From NCBI RefSeq assembly GCF_009914755.1, contig NC_060932.1: 64,000 nucleotides of DNA; one strand, 5' to 3'. Below, piece by piece: positions 1-15,200 of the stretch; the first letter of the stretch is position 1, and each line of letters opens with the position of its first letter. The translations under genes were made by a program, and so were the position numbers. This DNA is from the human T2T-CHM13v2.0 reference genome, Homo sapiens. The notes beneath the pieces are model-generated. The model saw nothing but the letters and a program-made list of their open reading frames with translations. It was not told where the DNA came from and did no database searches.

Positions 1-104
1 ATCATATATTGTTGAAAGATATATTAAATGCATTGTTGAGAGATTAACATATCTTGTAATGTAAATGCTTTATCACACATTGTTGAAAGATATGTTAATC
101 TTTC

Positions 105-255
105 AGTAATCACAAGAGGTAGGAATAATTAATGTCCTATTTGACAGATGCATAGAGTGAGACTTAGAATGATTAAGTAATACTCTTAAAGGCATGCAGC
201 CAGTAACAGAGAATGCCTGAATTTTAACCGAGGTCTGTCTGACTCCAAAGTCTTA
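105..255 (-). mobile_element. MIR SINE relic
   Basis: Degenerate match to the reverse complement of the MIR core (ctatttgacagatg...ttaagtaa...aaccgaggtctgtctgactccaaag). Confidence 0.65.
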
Positions 256-1149
256 AGGACTCTGCTCTATTAGGTCATTTCTCATTCTCATTTAATATAC
301 TCTGTCTCCAAATAAGCTATTAGCCAAATTTTACAACCAGAATAATTTACACTGTTCTGACCTGACTCCAGGGTTAAATAAAGAGGGGACAACATTTTTC
401 TGGCCTCACTTTTATGCATGCTTTTCTCTAGGGCTGTTTTATAAGCTCATTATATAAAAGAGATACAGGGTGGGATATCATAAATGTCAGCTATGCAACT
501 CCATATCAGGACAGTATAAAAACTCTACTAAGGAACTTGTCTTAAAAGCTGGGCCAGGACGACAGCTGTGTAAATATTTATGTAAATGAGTCAAGGTTTA
601 GTAAAAATTCCACCCTTGTGGCTGGTTTTTTAAATTGTATTGGAGTCTATGTTTCCACTTGATCCAATATTGCTCTAAATACAATCTTGGATTTTATGAC
701 TCACATTTAGTAAATGATAATTAGATTTTAAAGCAATTTTATCAGTTTACTCTTTTAAGGAAGGTAATATCCAACTCTGATATAAAGATAATATAAGGCA
801 GTGAGTAGTTCACCTTTCTAATACACTATATTGCCAAAGGTGACTTGAAACAGAACTAAGTTTTTGTTTCAGTTATTTTTTCTTTTTTTTTTTTTCAAAT
901 TTAGGGGACTATTTTAAATGAAGTAATCAAATCATTTTCCTCTAATTATTATCACAGGTATTCAGTATATTGTGCAATCAAGTCATATTGTTACAACAAA
1001 TTGCTGAAAGAAAATTACTAACAACCTGATTTACAAAATTTGCATGATACCTTCTAAAAATTTTCTTTTTAAGGATTTCAGGTGCAGAGAATTAGCTTAA
1101 TTAAAACACTTTCTTCCTGAAAGATAACTTTATTTTGTATAAATTGTGT

Positions 1150-1430
1150 TTTTTAGATTTTATCATGCTTTATTTTACTTTATTCTTTAATAATAGAGTG
1201 AACACCTATGTACCACAAACCAAAACATAGTCAATAATTTAGATACACCTATATGCTCACTTTTACCATCTCCTTGCCTCTCCCTCAAAGTTGACACTAT
1301 TCTAAATATTGCCTTTAGCATTTCCTTGTTTATTTTTTCAAATTTAGCTCACTTGTGTGTATAAGATAGGTGTATATATTGCTTAGTTTTGTTTTTCAAC
1401 TATTTATAAAGTAGATGATTCAGACAGCAT
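1150..1430 (-). mobile_element. Old L1 (L1ME-like) 3' end fragment
   Basis: Motifs such as tgaacacctatgtaccac and cactattctaaat...ttccttg resemble L1ME 3'UTR; highly diverged. Confidence 0.4.
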
Positions 1431-1852
1431 TGTTTAATGACTCACTACTCAGCTTTAAAAAACAGTGATATAAAAGATTAAATGGTAAGTGTAGAATCAT
1501 TAAAATATGTGCATGCTAAATGCAACTGAAAGGCTACTTAGATTTTTTAAAATATTTTTCTTCTTTTATTGATGCACAATATTTTACCTATGTATGAGGT
1601 ACATGTATGTTTCACATGCATAGAATATATAATGAACTAGTTTTATTTAGATTTATTAGATTTAGCATGACAGAGGGAAAAGAATATTAACATAAGAAAA
1701 TCTGTATTTTATTATTTCTGATTAAAATATATTATAAATTAGTATAGATCAGAACTTTCTATCTTGGCCTGAAATTCTATGTTGAAAAAGTACAGGATTA
1801 GGATCACAAACAAAATGAAACAGAAAATGTGGTTTAAAGAAATATCATAGAG

Positions 1853-2341
1853 CAGTGGCCTCCAATCTTTTTGGCACCAGGGACCAGTTTCATGGAAGAA
1901 AACTTCCAAGGGCTGGGGAGGCGGACGGTTTCGGGATGATTCAAGTGCATTACATTTGTTGTGCAGTTTATTTCTATTATTATTACATTGTAATTCATAA
2001 TGAAATAATTATACAACTCATCATAATGTAGAATCAGTGGGACCCCTGAGCCTGTTTTCCTGCAACTAGCCAGTCCCATTTGGGAGTGGTAGGAAAGAGT
2101 GACAGATCATCAGGCACTGAATTCTTATAAAGAGCATACAACCTAGATGTCTCCCATGCACAGATCGAATTAGGGTTCGAGCGCCTGTGAGAATCCAGTG
2201 CTGCTGCTGATCTGACAGGAAGTGGATGCCAGAGTCGGGAGCACTGTCAGTACAAATGAAGCTTCACTTGACCGCCCGCCACTCACTTCCTGCTAGGCAG
2301 CCTGGTACCAGTCTCTGGCCCCGGGGGTTGGGGGACCTCTG
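1853..2341 (+). mobile_element. MER1A (hAT-Charlie non-autonomous DNA transposon)
   Basis: Starts cagtggcctccaatctttttggcaccagggaccagtttcatggaag and ends ggttgggggacctctg (terminal inverted repeats); perfect 8-bp TSD TCATAGAG at 1845-1852 and 2342-2349. Confidence 0.9.
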
Positions 2342-2527
2342 TCATAGAGAGCGTGTGTGGGGGATGTAACTAAAATAGGGCATGGAAGTATATGACTTCT
2401 TCCAAAGAGATATATTTGTTACAAGTATAAAGAGAGGGAAAGTTAATATACAGACATTGTGCATTATGAAAATCAACATGTTTAAAGGAAGAGTCATTCT
2501 CAGGAACATGTGAGTAAATGAAAAAGG

Positions 2528-2926
<399 letters not shown>

Positions 2927-3337
2927 TCATGGTCTGAGATTAATGCAAGGTCCTGACCAGCAGGAGACAGAGGCTCATTATTTCCCCAAAACAGCACTCA
3001 ACTGTCATGAAAGCAAAGGGAATACTCAGGGTTTCTGTGTGCTCTACACTACTCATGATTTACTGAACTAAAACCAAGGAATTTAAGAAATTGTTAGATT
3101 ACCTTTTTGAAATTTTGAATTATCGTAGATCAATGGATACGATGGTCAAGTTGCTCTTTTAAATTTTATGTTAACAAAGAAGAAAACATCAGTGAGATCA
3201 AAACAATAACAGAAAGTTTAAATTCCAAGCTGGGTTTTAATGCTAAATAATTGAACCTCAATCAAGGAAATAAGCCATTCAGGTCTAAGATTCTTCATTT
3301 TAAAATAAAAACACTGTATTATATTATTTTTATTGTT

Positions 3338-3673
3338 CAGTAGTTCCCACTTTTCCATGGAGAATATGTTCCAAGACTCCCAGTGGAAGCTTGAAACCAC
3401 AGATAATACCAAATCCTATATATACTATGTTTTTTAGTTTGATAACCAAGAGGACTACTAATGACTAGTGTAGCAAAATTGTGTATATGCTAGACAAAAG
3501 TATATCTCATGTCCTGGGCAGGATAAAGTGGGATGGTGTGAGATTTAATCATGATACTCAGAACAGCACAAAATTTAAGACATGAATTGTTTACTTCTGG
3601 ACTTTTTTCATTTAGTATTTTCAGATGGTAGTTGACCTTGAGTAACTGAAACCACAGATAAGGAGGGACTACC
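3338..3673 (-). mobile_element. MER44-type (Tigger7-related) non-autonomous DNA transposon
   Basis: Inverted ends cagtagttcccac...tccatgg and ...gataaggagggactac; internal gttccaagactcccagtgga...gaaaccacagataatacc; about 335 bp, matching MER44A size. Confidence 0.8.
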
Positions 3674-3883
3674 ACACTTTTTAGCTCTGTCATAATTCTT
3701 AGGAAATTATGCTTAATATATTCATGCAATTTTTATGTTTGCTCTGCTTTTCAAAGACTTTGAAAAAATGATGGTATTTGACGTTTACTCACCTGGTGAA
3801 GGAAAATTTGTAGATTTAATAATAAATAATAATTTAGCAACTGATTTATTACTGATTTATGTAGTTAAGAATATCTATATGCA

Positions 3884-4183
3884 ATTATTATTATTATTAT
3901 TTTGAGACAGAATCTTGCTCTGTCGCTCAGGTTAGAGTTCAGTAGCATCATCTCAGCTCACCACAAACTCTGTCTCTCAGGTTCAAGCAATTCTCATGCC
4001 TCAGTCTCTGTAGTAGCTGGGATTACAGGTGTGCATCACCATGCCCAACTAATTTTTGTATTTTTGGTAGAGACAGGGTTTCACCATGTTGGCCAGGATG
4101 GGTTTGAACTCCTGACCTGAGGTGTTACACCCACCTCAGCCTCCCAAAGTGCTAGGATTGCAGGAATGAGCCACCATGCCCAG
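3884..4183 (-). mobile_element. Alu (AluS-like) with (TTA)n tail
   Basis: Reverse-complement Alu from attattatt-ttgagacag to gagccaccatgcccag. Confidence 0.95.
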
Positions 4184-4280
4184 TGGCAAATAGTATTTTT
4201 TATTGGGAATTTTTATTTTTATTTTTAATTTCATCATTTTAATTTTGTTTTTTTATTGAATTTGATCTAATTGATTTCTT

Positions 4281-4581
4281 TTTTTTTTTTTTTTTTTTTT
4301 TTTGAGACAGTCTCACTCTGTCACCCAGGCTGGAGTGTAGTGGTGTGATCTCAGCTCACTGAAACCTCCACCTCCTAGGTTTAAACTATTCTCATGCCTC
4401 AGCCTCCCAAGTAGCTGGGATTACAGGCACATGCCACCACACTTGGCTAATTTTTTATTTTTAATAAAGAAAGCTTTCACCATGTTGACCAGGCTGGTCT
4501 TGAACTCCCAGCTTCAGGTGATCTGCCCCGCTCGGCCTCCCAAACTGCTGAGGTTACAGGCATGAGCCACGGCGCCTGGCC
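4281..4581 (-). mobile_element. Alu (AluS-like) with poly(T) tail
   Basis: Full-length reverse Alu; TSD tgat(c/g)taattgatttctt at 4263-4280 and 4582-4599. Confidence 0.95.
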
Positions 4582-4894
4582 TGATGTAATTGATTTCTTT
4601 ATACGCCATCTACAGTATTTTATATACCTATAAATTCTATTTTGAAGAAACATTCTAGTCCACATTCTAGACAGAAATTTTTGTTGTTTTTTTTTTTCAG
4701 AACTAAAGGTTTAAAGACATTTCTCATATATAATTTTATATAGAGAATCTTGAATAATATATTGGACAATGTCCTCAGCAACAACTGTAAAATAGATAAT
4801 GAAACAGTCTTGAAGGGGCATTTCTCACACAACCCTTAATGAAAGCAGAACCTATAAGATTATACAACTAAATTAAGGCGATTCTGATGAGGAA

Positions 4895-5090
4895 GAAAAT
4901 AACATTTGTTGAATCATCATTAGGTGACAGTCCTTCTGGACTTATTACCTGAATTATTTCAATATCATTTAGAGATTTATGGGACACCCCAAGAAAATAG
5001 TGTAGAAAATGTCAAAGGAAACAGACCTAATATTGGCCAAGTTGAGATGTGAATCCACTTCTGTCTGACTCCTAAATCCATAATCTTTCC
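4895..5090 (-). mobile_element. MIR relic
   Basis: aacatttgttgaat...gatgtgaatccacttctgtctgactcctaaatcc resembles reverse MIR. Confidence 0.5.
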
Positions 5091-5240
5091 ATCCAGTCTC
5101 AGCATAGATCTACTGTCCTAGTCTAAATTAATGTACTCCTTCAGATATCCTGATTGATTAAAGGGTGTACTTAGACTTTTTGGAAGGGTAGATGACTTTA
5201 TTCCATTAATCTCAAATTTTAGGATCCATAAAGATTATGT

Positions 5241-5284
5241 TTAAAATATAATCAAGGTTAAAATATAATCAAGGTTAAAATATA
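5241..5284. repeat. 17-bp tandem duplication (ttaaaatataatcaagg), about 2.6 copies
   Basis: Seen directly. Confidence 0.9.
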
Positions 5285-5289
5285 GACTA

Positions 5290-5423
5290 TTAGACTCCAC
5301 TGCCAGAGGTTCTTATTTAACATGTCTGTATTGGGATTTTTGAACTTTTATTTTAAAAAGTTCCTAGATAATGATGCTGCTGGTATTGTGGGGGACCACG
5401 CTTTGAGAACCAACCATTGCTCT
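5290..5423. mobile_element. MER5-type hAT fragment
   Basis: ttttaaaaagttcc...gatgctgctgg...ggaccacgctttgagaacca matches a MER5A terminus. Confidence 0.6.
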
Positions 5424-7119
5424 AAGTTAATAGACTCCAATGTATTTGGCGATTTCTGAAAGGGGAACTTAGCATATCTGAAGGAGTTGATAATCTTTTA
5501 TGGAACTAGAGAACTCAAATAAAAAAATAATAAATAGCAATGAAATTATTTTTCCCTTTACTAGACCATGTAGAACAAGTGTTAATTACTACCCAGCATG
5601 TACTTGTAACAGATAATTAGACTGAATGTTTTACATGGATGATGAAATTCTCAAAATATCTACAAAAGTGGCAGTTAAAACATGAGTATCAGCTTTACAA
5701 AGTGGAAACTGGAAATGCTCCATGGAGGAACTGGAAGCACTGGCCTAGTTCATTGCCTTGCTATCCAGGTAAGAGGGTTTATTTTTATAAATATGTGTTT
5801 GCAATTATTGTTTGTCTTCTGAACTATCATTGTTTTTTGCGGGTTTTTTTTTTTTTTTTTGCTTGTTTTTCCTTTCCTTCCTGCAGAAGACAGTGAAAAA
5901 AAAAGCTTAAGAATGCCTTATTTTGCTAAATATATTCTTATTATCTTCTTACAATTTTGTATCACTGTCTTATATCTCACCTCATTCTCAATACCCTTTT
6001 CACGTCTGATGCCTTCCTCAATATTAAATTAGGAGTGCTCTCTAGAGTTTTATGTTCAACCCCTTTCTATTTTCTCTATAAAACACTTACCACCTCTAAC
6101 AGCTCTAAAGTATAACCTTTTCATAACTGTTCATGTATTTATGATTTTGCACTTTCTGATTAATGTTCCTGTTATGCCCTTTTATCCTTCTGTCTATCCA
6201 GTATATTACTCTTCAGCTCAATTGTCTCTCTTTCTACAATGACACTCCAAGCTTCTTCATCTTTTTTCCTTTGTGATTCCAAATACATTGCATATGTCTT
6301 AAATATAGTCTGCATCGATTTGCATTATGCTTACTTATTTTGTGTCTGTCTCTTTCATATGATCCTGAAGTGCAGCTCTCATGACTTAATAATCTTTGCG
6401 CCTTTGCCTGTTGAACCTCAGAAAGTGTTTGTTTGAGCAATATGGTGAGAAAATGATTGATCAAATCCCACATGACAAATAATATATAAATGTATTACAC
6501 TGCAACTGGGAAAAACCCTTAAATAAGATTCCCTGGCATATTGGAGATGGTCACTTATTTCGACATCCTTTGCTATTCCGTGGTATACTGACTGCTGTCT
6601 GGAAGGTTCATTCCTTTATATTATTCTAAATATCTCTAGATTAGATTTGTTTTTTGTTTCATTTTCAAATTTGTTCTATTTGTGTAAAAGTCCTGGGAAG
6701 CCACATTTGTGTTAAATAAACGTATTTCAAACACCTAATGCTCATTACATAGGGCAGGAATTGCACTAGAAAGTAGATATAGCCTGAAATACAGGTGAAA
6801 GGAGATATGGAGAGATAGAAAAACTACAAACTAAAAACCAACAGGGGCAATGTAGAGGGAAATTCATGAGTGTGCATGATGCATACAGTCATATGTATTT
6901 TTAATAGATGAGTTAAAAACAGGGAATAAAACAGTGGATATCATTGTTTCAGACATGGTGATTAGGGATCTGGAACCAGGGATTCTAGACTAAAGTTAAG
7001 AGCACAGACTCTGGGAGAAGAACAAAAATAGTGTGATCAAATGCAAGCTTGTCTTGATTTAGTGGCTTACAAGAGAATCTTGGCTGTCTGGTGCTAGCAT
7101 TTGTCCTAGGTTTGTGTAG

Positions 7120-7559
<440 letters not shown>

Positions 7560-9311
7560 CCCTGTCTTCTTATTAATTTTTGTAACCTAGAACAAAGCAC
7601 GTGCATGATTCTCAATAAGTATTGTCTGAAATAATAAATTAATTAATTAATTAATAATACAATAAAAATATCTGACTTTTTACCTTTAACTAGTCACCTC
7701 GGTTCTCTTATACAACATCCACCCCATCTAATCCAGTATTTTGTGTGTTACTGAATTTTATACTTCCATGCTGACTGCAGTGCCTTAGGAAACTGTTGCA
7801 CTAGTTTCTGGTGAACTATACAATTGGGGTAGCTTTGAAAGTTTCTCTAATTCATTATTTTGCTTAAAGGCAGCTCTAAAACTAAATAGACTAAAGGAAA
7901 ATATAGAATATTTTAAATTTTGTGTAATAACTTAGTTGATTTACCCCCCAAAAAGCATATTTTATTTCCTTTTTGATTTGTTTTAAAGTCATTTTCTGTG
8001 TTATCAATTAATTACATATGTTTGTTAGCCCAAATCACGTTACTATAAAATGAATGTCATTTTTCTATCTAACTTTGGATTTTTTTTCTCATGGCTAATT
8101 TGCAAGTAATATCAAATACCCCATCTTGTAGAGACATTATTTCAATTTATATCGATATCTGATTCAATCTGCATTTCTCTTGAAAACAGCATAAAACCAG
8201 CATTTCAAAATGTTTGTTTATTGTAAAATGTACTTCTAATTGGCATGGATTACTTTAAGCAACTGTTTCCTCTGAAATTGCTATATGACATATATTCAAT
8301 TCCATAAGAACCAGTTAATTTTGCTAAAATATTTTGGCAATAGTTTTAGAAATATGTACATAAAAATGTTGCTTTCTCATTTGGTTGATTCTTTCATGAA
8401 TAACAGTACAAGATGTACATATAATAGTGCATAAAAAAGTACATACATATACTAAAGAATAAACTTTACCCCAAAGAAATGATTAGTGACATATATCACT
8501 AATTAATGTATTAATATTATTTGCAGCTATTATGATATTAACTAATATACTTAAGCATTTTAGAAGAATATCAATTGTTCTTGCTTAATAAATTTTTTGT
8601 TGGTTTCAAGTACTTTTCTTGACCCCAGGATAGATACAAATTCAGGCAGAACCAAATTTAATGATCATGCACTTTGTTTTTGAAATATGCACATGGCTAA
8701 TTTTAATATAACACTGTAAATAAATTATATATATATATATATATCTAAACCAGCACATAGATTCTTAAATTATACTGGGATGGGATGAGTCGATAGAGAA
8801 AAGATCAGAATGGGTTTCATAATAAATAATAACACAGAGTTGAATGTTGAGTGAGATATAAGAGTTAACCAAATAAAAATCAGACCCATCTATCCATTTT
8901 TTTTTACATTTCCATGTTTATGGCAACCATCCTAACCCACATCATCTTGTTCTTATATTAATTAAAAAGCCTTTTGGACTTTTTCCTTTCTACAAAACGT
9001 TGTTTCTATGGCTGCCAAAAAATGATATTGTTAAAATTAAATAAGACCACTCTCCTATATGTTTTTCAATAGCTTCCTGGAACTTAAAATAAGATCCAAA
9101 TGCTTTATGCGCTACATAGTGGCCTAAAATATCCTAAAACTTATAGCCTCTGACTGATAGCCCCCCTTCTTTACTATAATTAAAAAATCTGATTTTTCCT
9201 TTCACATTATCAAAAAGTGAAAACTTGTTTCCTAATTAGGAATTTTGAATTTATTTTTTTCTTTGCGCTAATTAATAAATTCCTCATGGCTGACTTTTAA
9301 AAGTTCTAAAA

Positions 9312-9865
9312 TGTGGTGGACTCAATATTTTTGGCATTTCTCCTATAGATAGATGTATGTCTTAACCCTTTGAGTCAAGGGACTGTTTTAACCGCTAAAG
9401 TGTCACATAAATGATGTTGTGTGACATCCAGGGTTGCTTCATGAAATATGATGCAGCTACCATGAAATATGATGTAATTTCCATATATTTTTCTGGAAAC
9501 TTCATGCTTGCTTCTTGAGCCGTCATGTGAGAATGCCAACAATTGTAAGGCTACTGTTCTTAAGGAAGCCTAGTCTTACAGAGAGAATACATTTAGATAT
9601 TATAATCAGCAGTAAAAGTCTTTGAGTTATTCCAGCTCAGGTACCAGGTACATGGGAGTAATTGAGCCTTTGAACTATCATAGCTGTCAGCTGTCTCCAA
9701 CCTTCAACATTTTTAAGTTGAAGTCTTAGATATGGAACAGAGGCAAATCATCCCATTTTGCCTTTTCTGAATTTTCCAACCACAGAATTCTTGTGCATAA
9801 AAATTGGTTGTTTTAAGCTATTACAATCTGGGATAATTTGTTGAGCAGCAACAGTAACTGATACG
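9312..9865 (+). mobile_element. MLT1-type MaLR solo LTR (old)
   Basis: Starts tgtggtgg; 3' end ggttgttttaagcta...gggataatttgtt..gcagcaacagtaactgatac is typical of MLT1; carries an internal 21-bp duplication of catgaaatatgatg near 9440-9475. Confidence 0.7.
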
Positions 9866-9989
9866 TGATACAAATTTCATCTCAAATAACACCACCTCCT
9901 CAGAAAAGGCTTCATGAGCAATTTATTTAAAATTGACCTCTATCACAAAATGACAATAACCATCATATTCATTGTCTACTTATTATTCA

Positions 9990-10182
9990 TTGACTATTTA
10001 TTATAGCTAAAACCTGGAAATAACCCAAATTGTTTATCTACAGTTGACTGAGTAAATCAATGTTGGCATATTCAGAGTGGAATATTATATACTAATTATT
10101 ATGAAGGAACTATATATACATACATCATAAATGAAATATCTAAACAAAATGTTGACCATAAACAATCAGAACATAAGAGTAC
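9990..10182 (+). mobile_element. Old L1 (L1MC/L1ME) 3' fragment interrupted by THE1
   Basis: tttattatagctaaaacctggaaataacccaaat...gtggaatattat matches L1 ORF2 end/3'UTR motifs. Confidence 0.55.
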
Positions 10183-10545
10183 TGTATTACTCTGTTCTTA
10201 CACTGATAATAAAGACATACCCAAGACTGGATAATTTATAAAGAAAAGAGGTTTAACGGACTCACAGTTCCACATGTCTGGGGAGGTCTCACAATCATGA
10301 TGGAAGGCAAAGGAGAAGCAGTGAATGTCTTACATGGTGTCAGGCAAGAGAACGTGTGCAGGGGAATTCCTGTTCATAAAACCATCAGATCTCATGAGAT
10401 TTATTCACTATCACAAGAACAGCACAGGAAAGACCCACCCTCATGATTCAATTACCTCCCACCAGGTCCCTCCCATGACATGTGGGAATTATGATAGCTA
10501 CAATTCAAGATGAGATTTAAATGGGGACACAGCCAAACCATATCA
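10183..10545 (-). mobile_element. THE1 (THE1B/C-like) MaLR solo LTR
   Basis: tgtatta...taaagacatacccaagactgg...ggggacacagccaaaccatatca; near-TSD agtac/agaac. Confidence 0.92.
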
Positions 10546-10839
10546 AGAACATTCTAAATAAATCTCTCTATGTAAAGAACAGGTGAGACTTTTTTAAAGT
10601 AGTTATTGAAAAATGGCAGGAGAGAAGCTGCTGGGATGTTGGTAATGGGTTCTGACTGCTGGCTGCAATCTGTATGTTATATGCAACCAGTGTCTAAAGT
10701 AGTAGATTCTGCAACTGAATCTGAGATTATTTAATCTTTAAAATCAGAAAAGGATATAGCTAGAAACTGTGATAAAACTATTGTGTCATATCCTAATAAA
10801 GAAGCTAAATCAAAATTTTATGCCAAATTACCAAGTTCC

Positions 10840-11176
<337 letters not shown>

Positions 11177-11779
11177 CAAAATACTTCATTTCAAAAGAAA
11201 TATTTAAAGCTGGGACATTTTCAGAGAAAAAAATAATTGGAAAATTAAAACAACTCCAAAAAAAGATTTATGTAAAGAGATTGAAGGTTGCCAACACTTG
11301 AAACTTCTATCTCTGTGGGTTCTGCTTTATTTACAAAGCATGGCAGAATGTTCAGTTTTTTTCTCACTAAATAGCAAAATCCATAGTGAGATATTAATTT
11401 AATCATTCATTAGAGACCAAATCTTCACCAGACATTTATCACCTAAAGTTTGATCTCTGACTCTTAACCTCAGCAAGAATCTTAACAAGAATAAAGGTTC
11501 TGTTTGGCTTTCATCTCTCTAGGACGTATTCCAGAAACTGCCTCCAAGAAGTAAAGTGGGACAGAGATATGAATAACTTACTTTATTTCCTTCCTCTCAC
11601 AGACGTAAATCCTCTAGTGCCTTTCCAATATGTGAATACAGTCTTCTAGTTGTTTATAACAGAAGGAAAATTGTAGTACTCATGATTACATCATAGCCGG
11701 GCACAGCATTGTGACCACAGTTTCCAATCAGTTATGTATTTTTGTACCTAGAATCTGCCTCAATCCCTATGTTGCAATC

Positions 11780-11910
11780 TCTTTGAGACCGGAGTTCTAC
11801 CTATCTTCAAAAACAAAGACAAATCAATGAAAAACACTGCTTACTCTGCACCTAACACACTGCTTAATGAGTAATAGATACAAAGTAAATAAATGCTGAA
11901 TGAATGACTT
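11780..11910 (+). mobile_element. L2 3' end relic
   Basis: gcacctaacacactgctt...aataaatgctgaatgaatga is the typical L2 terminus. Confidence 0.55.
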
Positions 11911-13251
11911 AGGTGCTAATATACATATATTCAAAGAAAGACGCATTTATACACTTTTATTTAGTCATCACTGGTATGTATTTTAAAGGGAATAAGTAAT
12001 GCATCTAGGTCTTCTACATGTATGTTATGTACCAAGTTTCACCCTCCCTACAAACCAAAAGAAATAAATTTTATTTTCTAACATTTATAATTTTAATTCC
12101 ACAAAAAACTACATAGAAAGACTATATCCATAAAAAATGAGATTATGAAAATTTTAATAATTTGTTAAAATATTTGCAACTAATGTCTCAAAACTTTCAT
12201 ATGAGCTCATTTATTTCTATTTCACCACACCGTAGAACTTCAACTCTTATTACGATAATGTTATCTGAGGTTATCAAATATACTGCGTAAATGATTTGCA
12301 ATTGTTATTTTTTTCATGTGTTCATCATTTCTCAGGAATCATATATAGCACGTATGAAAACATATTCATTAGATTAATATGTAATTATTTTTTCAGACAG
12401 ATTATAATTTTTAAAATGGCAATGATCACTCAATTATACCTATATACCATAATACCTTAACATTTATAAGTGTGCATTACACATACTTATGACTTATGAT
12501 TTTATAGTAAATGAATGAGTTTTGCATACTTAATATGTATTTATTAATTGATCATATAACATTAGATTGTGTATATTGTGCACCTTATTTGTTGATGCTA
12601 TATACACTTATGCAATAAACTCTAATCTACTCAAAACTGATGAAATTCTACCCACTCTTCACCAAAAAATAAACTGGAATATTTGGTGCACTTAAACCTG
12701 GGAGATTTGGTGCCATATATACCAAGTATGAACAAAATATAAACTCTTTCTTCTGGCATATAGTATCTAGCCTCTCTTCCTCTCATAATTTAAATTTCTT
12801 TTATCTTGTTTCCACTGATATCACTTCTGCTAAATAAAACCCATTTTACTCCAGTGACTGCTGACACTGCATGCCATAATGCATAACATAATGGTTACTA
12901 GTGTCCAAGATAGAATTTCCTGTCTCTCGATGCCCCAAATGCTGTCTGACTTTCCTTCCTCCTTTGGCACTGATCATTACTGATGCAGAATTCATGCTGA
13001 ATTAATAACTAATCTGGCATATAAGTATGCCAGATTTTCTCTACCTATATGATGATTTTCTCCTAAATGTCTATCCAGGACCATATTCATTTAGATGCTT
13101 GCCTTCTCTCCATTGAATGGAATATGTGGAAATTACAGCAGCAAAGAGTTTGGGTTTAAACTGAGAATCAACATGCCTTTTATATCAACAGAATGAGAGC
13201 TATCAATGTGCCATTCTTTATTAGGCCTTTGTCTAGATTCATTTTCTTATA

Positions 13252-13842
13252 TAGGCATATCTCTGAGTTGTTTAGTGTTAAGTTCCAGGTGAAGCTTTCA
13301 GCCCATCTTGGCTTTTGACATGCCTTTCTCTCTCTAAGCTTAATCATTATAGTTTTAATTTAAAATGAGAGACATGCGATTTATTCTTTTATTTGAATGC
13401 TTAGAGGTCATTTTAGGGATATTAATTGGCCTAATTTCAATACTGTTGTTTCTCGAGGTATAGGGAGGACTGAGGAGAGGGAGAGAAATGGGGCAATAGC
13501 TGGCTGGTGGAGCAGTCAGAACTCATGAAATGTTTATTAAGTTCTCTATCTTACATGAGTGTTGTTTGTGCCACACCAAAATAATTACAGTAATAATGTC
13601 ACATATCACTGATCACAGATCACCATAACAGATACGATAGTAACAATAATAAAGTTTGACATATTGTAAAAATTATCAAAATTGTGACACAGAGACACAA
13701 ATGAGCACATGCTGCTGAAAAAATGGCGCCCATGCTCTTGCTTGACCCAGGCTTATCACAACCTTCAATTTGTCAAAAAGAAAAAATCCACAAAACCTGA
13801 AAAATTCAATAATACAAAGCACAATAAAATGAGGTATGCTAG
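13252..13842 (-). mobile_element. Internally deleted Tigger1 (pogo-like) retaining both ends
   Basis: 13290-13842 is the reverse complement of the Tigger1 5' ~550 bp, including the degraded transposase start; 13252-13289 resembles the opposite terminus (taggcatatctctgag...gttccag); TA on both flanks. Confidence 0.85.
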
Positions 13843-13905
13843 TACCTGTGCTTATAACTGACATGGTCAAAATAAAACATCAGGATAATTAAGTGATAAA
13901 GATAG

Positions 13906-14277
<372 letters not shown>

Positions 14278-15200
14278 AATTTTCCTTACTTCTAAAGCAG
14301 AACTGGAAATATTACACACCAGATCATTGAAAACCTTCCATGAGACTTAATTAGTAAATGTGGACTTCTAAATATGCACCCTGATATTTTTACAGGATGG
14401 TTTTATATAAACGATCTCTCTGTTTAGATCAACTATAGTCTTTCATCAATCTCTGCCCAAATGTACACAAGAGAACACTAAAACAAATAGCTTTATGTGA
14501 TAGTGCCATTATTTCTGGGGAGTATCCGTAAATATTCATTGCAATATTATTTGAATCATTTGAAGTGAAGACACATAGGCCATTTTCTTGGTGTCACTTG
14601 TTTAAACTACTCAGTTGTTGTCAGCCCAGGGGAAAAAAATGAGCTTGCAAGGCAACTGCATTTAAAACAAAAGCACAGTACAAACGTAAATACCTGGTGG
14701 CTCTTCTAGGTAAAATAAAAGTAGTACATTCTTATGGATACCTAGATATTTGTGAACTGACTTTTAAAAGTCTGAGAAATTCTCTAAAGCTGTATGTAAA
14801 TTTTAGGTGTACATAGTATTCACATGCATATTTTTGAAGAGAGTTTATTGTTTTTAATAAGTTCTCAAAAATGGTTGTGGCATTATTCTACTTCTTTAAT
14901 TCTGCCATGATCCTATCCATGCCTTTTTTCCCACATTTAAGTAACTCATACGTATGCTCTATTCATAATCATAAATAAAAAATGAGATGCTTGCAATATT
15001 AACTCTCATCTACAAATAATAGAATGGGGAAAGCCCTTTCCCACATGACCCATTGTTTCTCAAATCCATGTTTTCTGGTTATTGGAAATTCCTCATGTAG
15101 AGATTGCCAATTTAGTGGATACACCATGACTGATAGTATAGGCTACATTCTTTGCTTTATGAGGAACCCCAGCAATACTTGGGAAAATATATAAAGAAAA

